64,000 bases of DNA from Octopus vulgaris (lineage: Eukaryota): NCBI GenBank assembly GCA_951406725.2, contig OX597817.1, positions 115,630,001-115,694,000 of the forward strand, given 5' to 3'. The stretch's first letter is position 1; each line of letters begins with the position of its first letter. Positions 55,084 through 64,000 of the stretch are shown here, piece by piece. A program made the translations under genes and the position numbers. Under the pieces are notes generated by a model that worked only from the letters and a program-made list of their open reading frames with translations, made no database searches and was not told the origin of the DNA.

Positions 55084-55759
55084 ATACATACATGCTTGTA
55101 TATATATCTTGTTATTCAAAATACATCTAAATTTGAAAAACTTGTACTTGTTAAAAATAAATTATTTACATGTATATCAAACTAGCTTCAACAATATATT
55201 TTGTTTAGCAATGGTAAAAAATTAGAATTATGAATTAGAAAAACATCTTTCAATGTTGACAAGTTTAAATGTTCATAATCAATAATATAAAAACTGTGCA
55301 TCAACTGTTTTAAATGTACATAGTTCATTAGTGTTAGTAGTGATCGACAAGAAATAAATAAAATAAAAATTTCAGTCATACTGTGTTAAGAGGGAGAAAT
55401 GAAAATAGTAGAAAAGAGATTTGGTTTAAAATTTCTATGATTATCTTTCCGTCGTGTGGAGGAACTTTCGTTTGTAACAATGTGTTTTGGAATCCGGTGT
55501 GTTTATAATTTCTTTCCGCTATGATTTGTTAAATTACAGGTGACGTCTTGTTTTTCCGGTGGTCAAGTTTGTCGTTCTGCCTGGTTGACTTCGCTGTGGG
55601 AAGGGTAACTGTGTTGTATTTACTGAAGTTCGGCTTTGATTGGAGGTACAACTTCCTTGAACTTCCTATTCGTTAAGGTGAGATCAAGAAAATATGCCCT
55701 CCATCCATTGAGTAGTAAATATGATTTAATGTACACAGCTACTAATAGTTTCATGCATT

Positions 55760-56027
55760 GGATACGCGTGACCTAGTGGGCAGGATGCTGCACTCACGAT
55801 CGCTAGGTCGTGGGTTCGATTCCCAGACCGGGTGGTGTGTTGTGCTCTTCAGCAGAACAGTTCATTCCACGTTGCTCCAGACTCCCTTTCGGTCAGTGGG
55901 GAATGTTAGCCCGCTCACATAGCCAGCGGGGTGGCGGCATCCAAAGGCTGAAAGGATACAAAGTGCACTGTGACAAGTGATGTGTAACAAAATCTAATAA
56001 TGTGGTTGCTCACGTGATGACGTGATG
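55760..56027 (+). mobile_element. tRNA-derived SINE, family C
   Basis: gcgtgacctagtgggcagg (A box) ... ggttcgattccc (B box), then a CORE-like tgtgctcttcagcag. No complete cloverleaf or CCA end. Confidence 0.75.
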
Positions 56028-58079
56028 GTAAACGATGTATATAATTTGTGCTAATGAGAAATGTAGAAGTTATTCAACAAAATATCCGAACATTTTAGCG
56101 ATGAACAAAATACATTATATCTTGAACATGCACATCTTGCAACTGTGGGGGTAGAGTAGGTTTTAAGTTATCTAAATATAGGTTTTGTGTGTTCACACCA
56201 ACGGATTAACGATGATATTCTTATTTATGGAAAATCCGTTTAAATTATAAGATCATATAAAAATACTATTGAAAGAAATAAATTCAGCGTAACATAGTTT
56301 TGGTATTATATATCAAATAAGCTTGTCTTATAAAAACAATCTATTCGGCAAAGTTAAACGAAAACAAGATTTGAAAATATCATAGCATAATTTACTTTTA
56401 TGAAAATACCTCACATTCGAAAATATTCGATAAAATACCATGATTCATATAAATATGACCTTCTTTAATCATTACCATACAAATAGGATTGAACAAATAA
56501 TTATTTTAACATACTTGTTTAGACTTTAAAACATAAATGATGCATTCCTGAGATGAATATCGTAATAATAATATCATAAATGTCTTTGGTTGATTATTAT
56601 AAGGCGCTTTAAACTAGTAAACTCAAATGAATTGTATCATACCTGAATAACTGTTAAATATTTCTTTTCGGGATTTATTATAATTAAGTCTCGAAGGCCA
56701 ATGAGAAGTTATGAGCCGAATTATAAACAATGTCATATACTGAATACCTTTTAAAGATATATTTTTTAAGCACATCATAAGCGAAATGCATTTGATATTA
56801 TTAATTTCTTATGGGATGAAATCTTATTTTAAATCAATATTCGTTTCAAGTTTAAAACAATTTATGCAAGTCTTAATTTGTATTGCATTGGAACAGAATG
56901 TGTTTTCTAGTATTTAATTTCGATGCAAAGATACGTACTCGGAAGGAAATGTTGAAAACTTAGACGAAACTTAATAATCATGTGGAATGAACTCCCCATA
57001 TACCATAGAAAAAATAGCTATGCAGTAATTTCAACAATTGCTCAAGTGGTTTAGTCTTGCAGAAAATGAGAAAACGAATGAAATAAATCATGAAGCAAAA
57101 CAGAAAAAAAGAAATACTGCGAAATGAAGTGATTTTGAAAAATTAGATTATGATCTAAATAGATTCAACCAGAAAATAGAAAATGGTTATTTATGAAATA
57201 TTTTAACTACTAGCTCTTTCATTCCCAATTACTACAAACTGAAATATAACTAAATTAATCACAAATTAATGAATGATCATTTAAATGGTTGACGGGAAAT
57301 TACAAATATTGCATAAAGTTAATAAATCCAACCTACGTTTCTGTTTCAAAAAAAAAAAAGTTAACGAATTTCATTAACACGGTAATTGTTTAGTGAAATC
57401 TAAAAAATGGTAGAAATTCGTAAAAACATTTTCACTTGTTAAGCTTTGTACTTTACGTTGCCATGTTCAAGCGTCCCCTTATGTTGATCTCTTACTCCTA
57501 CATCTGCATTCATAAAATATTTATCAGCAGAATCATAGATATCATATATGCACTGTGAGGAATCATCATACACTGATCATTAAGTAAATGTCACAGCTTA
57601 TGTTAGATTAACGTTCTTACTAATTTTAATGCAAAGTATTTGCAACTTCATATGGTATGTTAAAATTGATGAATTTATTATGATCCGCTTTGAGATAAGA
57701 TGTTTAATATAATTTGATGTAAATAATATATCAACCTTCAGTTTCAAAGTCGAACAAATGTGATTATTATAAGCATATTGCACGCGACCAACGAGCGATA
57801 ACTTTCTACACATTCGGGGCAAAAAAATAAACTAGTGGATTTTGCTTGGACATATAGGTTCAAACCTGAATCTATAGAATTCCCCTTAAGGTTAGAACGG
57901 TGTTTTCTCATGGAAAATACAATAGTTGAGACATCAGTGACACTCAACACATGACCTGCAAGTCGATTGCACTTGACACTTTTAACCTCTTTATGCTACC
58001 AAAAGCTGCAAAATAGATAAGAATTACCTACAGCAATTTTTCTGCTCCTCTCCATTTCGTGAATTTAACTTCAGATTTA

Positions 58080-58900
58080 ATTTCTAGTGAGGTGAAAGTA
58101 GGTGTTCTTGATTCCCCCCAGTTCCCAGTGTGAATTTGTTGATTGGAAATGATTATATGGGGTACAAGGTACCGATGCAATTTATATTGTTTCTCTACAG
58201 AGTTCAGTTATTACAGAAACGTTGGAGGAGGATAGTCCCGGTATTTATACTTCTTGTGCAGTGATTCGTTCAATATCGAAAGATATATTTTCCAAGCCTT
58301 CTTTGCCGAATGATTCCATTTGTGATTTGTCAGGAACTTTAATAGATCATTTTAATTTTTGTAAGGTAGAGGCTGATCACTTATCTCTAAAGGGTAGTAA
58401 CTCTTCAGATCATAGATCTGATGGTGAGTCAAGTGGCAATCCCATTCTTTCTAGAGGGCAACTTGTTTGTACTCAGTTGCAGAAGTTAGCTAATAAGGCT
58501 ACTTCTTTTGAGGGGGTTAACAAAGTTCCAGATTGCTACTACTTTAGAGATAGTGTTATGATGAGGAAATTTAAGCCACCGGATATTTCTGCGGTTAATG
58601 TATGGAAAATGTACCATCAAATTGTGGTACCAAAATTGTTTCGACGTCATGTACTTTCATTCGCACATTAAAGTCCCATAGTCAATCATTTAGGTATGAA
58701 TAAAACTTGTGTGAAAATTTTGGCACATTTCTTTTTGGCCTAATTTGAGACAAGGTGTGGCTGAAGATTGTAAAACCTGCAATGCATGCCAAATTGTTTG
58801 AATACCATTCAGTCGGGTTATTATTGAATGTGTTTGACCGTTACCTAAGACTAAGTCTGGTAATCAATAGCTTCTCATTTTCATGTGTGCTTCAACCATA
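58080..58900 (+). mobile_element. Gypsy LTR-retrotransposon remnant, protease end plus integrase (Gmr1-like order)
   Basis: NLLIGND (protease C-terminus, about 58133-58153), then HQIVVPKLFRRHVLSFAH...HLGMNKT..KILAHF(F)WP.L...C..CNACQ (IN HHCC) and PFSRVII.CV.PLPKTKSGNQ.LL..MCAST (IN core start). Confidence 0.85.
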
Positions 58901-59194
58901 ACTCTTTTGACGGCTCCTATGCCACAAAAAATTGAAAATAGATAAGAATCACCAACAACGGTTTTTCCAACTGTTCTACTACTGCAAACGACATAAATAG
59001 TAAACAAAAACGCAAGAAGATAAAGAGAAGAGGCCACCCTTTTGTTTTATTGAGAATTTGAACTATAATATTTTATGACGGCTTCTTGCTGTGAACTCTT
59101 ATGTATTATAACAGTTCTCGCGGACATCGATGTGCGTTATTGCAATATTTCTTTCTCAGTACACAATTATTTCAATTATTACGGATTTGTTTCT

Positions 59195-59270
<76 letters not shown>

Positions 59271-60094
59271 CGTATATATATATATATATATATATACATA
59301 TATATATGTATACATACATATATATATCGTGTAGAAATCTAGGGGAGCGGGGTTACAATCGCCATCGCCACTGTGATAACAAAGACGAACAATGGCTTAA
59401 CATTTTTGAGCCATTTATTTCTACACGTACGTTACATCGCGCAGGTGTGCCGTGTGTTTATACAAATGTATGCCAAATGTACGGTAGACTACAAAATAAG
59501 AAAAATACAAAAATAAGACAAACTTAAATACAAAAAAATATTTGAACAGGGTTTTACTGATATTTGACTTCCTGATGTACAACTTTCTTGAAACAAAGTT
59601 TGATTATAGAATACATTCAAGTTGTTTATTATGACTTACACACACCAGCGAACAGTACTGAACTAGGAAAAATGTTGGATATACTGAAACACTTTCACCC
59701 ATGTATATGCAATTATCTACACCTCATTATATGTTTCAGTTTAGTGGAAGAAAAACAACTAGATATGTTTAAATTATATTATGAAAGCTTTGTCGGTTCA
59801 TCATTCTGGAAGCATCAGAAACTTGGTCCCACTTGAACAAAGCCACGTTCGCAGTAACATGAAATAACCAAAGAAGGAGAACATTCATGGATGACAGCGG
59901 ATTTACCGAAATATAGATTATAACTATTTCCGTTTATCTTTTTTTTATATATAACTCACCGTCCTAAAGAATGGCATAAGGTGTATTTATAGCTTGGAAG
60001 GGACTATATTGCATGAAAGGGATGATGAATAATGTAACATACTGAATTTCATGGACTCCTGCAGCATATTCTACTTATTCTATATATATCCTTT

Positions 60095-60298
60095 TCCACC
60101 CTGGGCATAAGGCCTGACATTTTGGTTAAATGAGTTAGTTGATTTTATCGATCCACGTACTGGATATACTTTCTTTAACGACCCCGAAATAGTGAAAAGC
60201 AAAGTAAAACTCGACGGAATGTCGAACTCATGATTTATACGGGGAATAAATAGTGGTAAGTATTTTTCCGGTGTGTTAACAACTCTGCCAGCTTGCCG
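60095..60298 (-). mobile_element. Decayed SINE family A
   Basis: gaccccgaaatagtgaaaagcaaagtaaaactcgacggaatgtcgaactca...taacaactctgccagcttgcc. Confidence 0.7.
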
Positions 60299-60808
60299 AT
60301 TTGTACATATCAAAAACACAGAATAACTTAGACTAAATATATATTCGAAATACAGCTATGTTTAGTTCAATGGCCTACAGACAGTCTCTATTCTAACTTG
60401 ACAAGAACAGACGTTGTAAGAAAAATTATTCTGTTATACAGAATATATTTACTAAAACTAGTATGAAGTTAACTAAGACCATAATACACTCCGATTTAGC
60501 GCAATTAATATTTCATAATAACCAGTTTGGAAAACTAGTCTTAATGAGATTGAAATGTCCGAGATAATGGGGTATAGCATTAGATATTTATCAAGAGCAT
60601 GATAAATGCTAAAGGTAGTGTATTTTGAAGTAATGAATACAAATTTCGAAAAATGCTTCTACAGGAAACATCCTACCTGTAGAAATACTAGATTTGTAAC
60701 TGACAAGTTAGATTACTGATAACATAAATGTATCTCTACTTTTAAATAATCTAAACTTAACCTATTATCGTCTTGCTATTTATGCACATCTTTATTCAAA
60801 TGTTTATA

Positions 60809-60855
60809 CTAGCAGAGATACCCGGCGTTGCTGGGGATTAAAATGGTATAGTGTT
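60809..60855 (-). mobile_element. Helitron 3' terminus
   Basis: Reverse complement reads ccccagcaacgccggg-tatctctg-CTAG|T, the same hairpin type as 32330-32357. Confidence 0.75.
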
Positions 60856-60859
60856 TTAT

Positions 60860-61050
60860 TCTTTTACTTTTTTCAGTCATTTGACTGCGGGTCATGCTGG
60901 AATACCTCCTTTAGTCAACAAATCGAACCCAGGAGTTCTGCTTTGTAAACTTAGTTCTTATTCTATCGGTCGATTTTGCCGAAACGCTAGGTAACGGGAA
61001 AGTAAACACACCAACATCAGTTGTCAAGCGATGGTGAAGGTACGAACAGA

Positions 61051-61116
<66 letters not shown>

Positions 61117-61200
61117 AAATGTACACATATATTTTGACGGACTTCGTTCACTTTCCGTCTAACAAATCCGCTCACAAGGCTTTGGTAGGCCCGAGGCTAT
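60860..61200 (-). mobile_element. SINE family B lacking its tRNA head
   Basis: cagtcatttgactgcgg...gacggacttcgttcactttccgtc...ggcccgaggcta. The internal tract is (CT)n/(CA)n here. Confidence 0.85.
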
Positions 61201-61212
61201 AATATATATACA

Positions 61213-62363
61213 CAGACATGCAGGAAGTAAATAGACACCTTTAATTTTCAAAAGTTCTCAGCTAAGCGTCTTAATATGTTTTCAACTGTGTAGAATTTAC
61301 AATGTATTTATTCTTTTTCATTTCAGGTGCCATTATATTAAACATTTGCGAAGAGTAACCATGTCACGCACAAAAACTTCAACAGAACCGTCAGATTTTC
61401 AAAGTTGTCGTATTGTTGGGCACTCTGAGGCTGGTCTTAGCCAACGAAAAATTGCCGAACATCTTCAAATTCTTCTTGCTAATAGAATTATAGTACAATT
61501 CAAATGCCAAGGAAAAGAATCAACAGATTCTTGTTCCGGCAAACCTGGGCCCTCGGAAAGGAAGTTTCGCTGTTTGAAGAGAATAGTGGAAAACGAACCC
61601 CGTTCGAAGGCTTTTGATATTGCAAAACAGCTAAAAGTTAGTCCAAGAGCGTGTGTTGCATATCCGCATAGGGTTTGGGTATTATGGCTGAGCAGCTAGA
61701 AGAAAATCTCTCCTTCAACCAATTAATAGCATGAAAAGAAAGAAATTGCCTATGGCGATGTCAGAAAACTCCATTTCATTTTGGGATAGAGTGATTTTCT
61801 CAGATGAATCCAGATTTGCATTATTTTCAGACAGTGGACGTGTTTGGGTCTGGAGGCTTCCCAATCAAAAATTTGATTTGAAACGACTCCAGCCAACTGT
61901 GTGAAAAGGGGGTATCTCTGTAATGGAATGGGGAGCTGTCACCAGCAATGGTCGTTCTGAGCTGATCGGATGTGTTGGAACCATAAACTCTGAAGAATAC
62001 ATCGAAATGCATCGAAATGGGATTAAAAAGCTTCGAAGGACGAGCCAATCTCCTGACATGAACCCGATGGAAAATATTTGGAACATACTAGATAGAGCTA
62101 TGCGAAAAACTCGACAGAAACCTAAATCTAAAGATGAAATGTTTCGATTGTTGCGTGAAAAGTGGGCAGAAATTCCACAAGAGAATCACAAAGCTCATCT
62201 GTTCAATGCCAAATAGAGTTTCTAAATTAAAAACTGCACAGGGAATGTCAACTAAACACTAAAGTATGTAGTCCTACCTATCGATTACATTTCAATTGTT
62301 TGCTTTGAGTGTTATATAAAAGATTTTGAAAATTCAAGGTGTCTATTTACTCCCTGCATGTCT
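61213..62363 (+). mobile_element. Tc1-family transposon with both TIRs, pseudogenised
   Basis: TIRs of about 40 bp: cagacatgcaggaagtaaatagacacctttaattttcaaaa and ttttgaaaattcaaggtgtctatttactccctgcatgtct. ATG at 61361 (MSRTK...GLSQRKIA), VIFSDESRF at about 61791-61817, and QSPDMNPMENIW. The region of the second Asp is deleted. Confidence 0.95.
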
Positions 62364-62631
62364 TTCTGTCTTTAATTCTTTTTCCTTCCCTTACGGAAAG
62401 TATTTTTACTCCCCTTATTCCTTACTTGTATAGAGTCCTTTAAATTTGCGCTTCTCCTCTCCTCTCCTCTCGCTCACCTCTTTCTATCGCTAATTGTTAT
62501 ATGTTAGATCCTCCCTTTTCTTTTTCTTTCCCCCATCTGCGTTTTAAAATTTACTTCTCATCTACATGTATACACCAAGTGACTTCTGCATGCGAGCATG
62601 ATTGCGTACATATGCACACATATATATATGT

Positions 62632-62667
<36 letters not shown>

Positions 62668-63031
62668 TGTGAACATTTACGTCTTACAAATATATGTCTG
62701 TATATGTATGCAGTCTGTGTACATCCATCTGTGTATTTTGATGTATATATGTATATTGATTGTTTAATATGCGTATACACTGTTGTAAAGTATTTATGTA
62801 ATGCAGCGTGAAAATTTTAATTTTTAATGTATTAATTGTATTAATTGAATTAAATTTCGTATACAATTATTTGTAATGCGTATTTTGAATCCACTCTTCG
62901 ATTTAAGGTTTTCCCTCGATTTTTATAATAGGACGAATTTGTATTGAATTCATTTATTTTGTTTATTTTGTTTATTGCATGCTTAAGACCAACTAGTTTT
63001 GACCATAACGTTATTTTTGTTCTATTTTAAC

Positions 63032-63078
63032 AAAACTGTCCGACGAAAGGGAACGTGAAACTCTGGGTAACAGGTTTT
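63032..63078 (+). ncRNA. Degenerate hammerhead-like motif in a probable PLE pseudo-LTR (about 62870-63105)
   Basis: aaaactgt CCGACGA aagg-gaa-cgt GAAAC tctgg GTA acaggtttt. Stem I is ctgt/acag; one change in the CTGA box. Confidence 0.45.
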
Positions 63079-63123
63079 GTTATATTTCTGCTAACTTTAA
63101 ATAAAGTATATATATATATATAT

Positions 63124-63260
63124 CAGTGGCGTGCGGTGACTTCCGGCGTTGGACATGCAATTAATTTCATTGACACCCCCCCCCCCCGGCAATTTTTCAG
63201 TAAAACATTTTCGTGTTCCTACGATTTACATATAAGAGATTCTGAATATGCAGAATAAAC
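63124..63260 (+). mobile_element. Possible hAT-like terminus
   Basis: CAGTGGCGT start after a TA tract, followed by a GC-rich subterminal segment with a C-run. The other end was not seen. Confidence 0.3.
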
Positions 63261-64000
63261 AGGGAATAAAAAATGGCTGTGCAGAGATGATCCTGAAATA
63301 AGTGTATTGTTTGTATTATACTTTGCTCTTCGAAACGTCAGTACTTTCCCATCCTCATTCTCCCTTAGAAAAGTCTAAAAATCATAAGTGAAATGTAATA
63401 AAGATGAAATTGGATTCTGTCAATATTTTTGCATATTCAGAATCTCTATTAAAGGTAGGAATCCGAAAAAAAAATTCACATAAATTCGTTTTTCAAAGGG
63501 GTGCGATTCTGCATTAGCCCCTATACCTATCGGTTGAGCTGAATGAAATGATTTAATTAAAAGAACACATTTAGTTACATTATATGGCCATGGTTTTAGA
63601 TCGTTACGCTCTCGAAGACAAGTCAGGTGCTTTATCATGCTACTTGTCAATTCCGGGAAAATTATTGACTGTTCTGAGACTTACTGAACTCCGTACATTA
63701 AAGGACTACGTCTCACGCACACACATTGAAAATACACGCATATACATGAATACGCACACAATGAAAGACAGCGAAAATTCAACATTGTAAAAAGCCTCCC
63801 AAAACTGTTGTGGCAGAAGTCAACATCTCTGAGATTGAAACAAGACACTTATTGAAAGTGAAACAAAACACTTATTTACGGCCGTAAATAGACTACACCC
63901 AGCAGCACAGAAAGGGAAATCTATGTAGGTTAGGTTTCACGAAGAAATCAAAACATTTCTCCTGCGAAACAATACTGATGTAAGAAGGTCGAACCTTACG

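Noticed and set aside
55760-55830. tRNA gene
   Set aside because: A/B boxes are present but there is no intact cloverleaf, and the sequence runs into a SINE body. The same applies to the other SINE heads.

Overview
AT-rich, microsatellite-dense eukaryotic non-coding DNA (intergenic or a long intron) with no host protein-coding exon that I can support. The repeat content looks like a cephalopod (Octopus) genome; this is inferred from repeat style only: tRNA-derived SINEs with internal (TA)n/(CA)n tracts, R4/Dong and RTE LINEs, and Penelope-like elements (PLEs). Almost everything recognisable is decayed transposon: mariner/Tc1, MULE, hAT, Helitrons, Penelope remnants with minimal hammerhead-ribozyme motifs, a Gypsy remnant with protease directly followed by integrase (Gmr1-like order), three SINE families and a foldback MITE. 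The most unusual object is at 10957-11782. It is an LTR-like element (TG...CA, 10-bp terminal inverted repeat, near-perfect 5-bp TSD) whose 3' part is a 12-copy array of a 56-bp unit. Each unit contains a tRNA-Ser-type primer-binding site plus a new copy of the LTR terminus. Most ORF-track ORFs are microsatellite artefacts. Boundaries of decayed elements are approximate.
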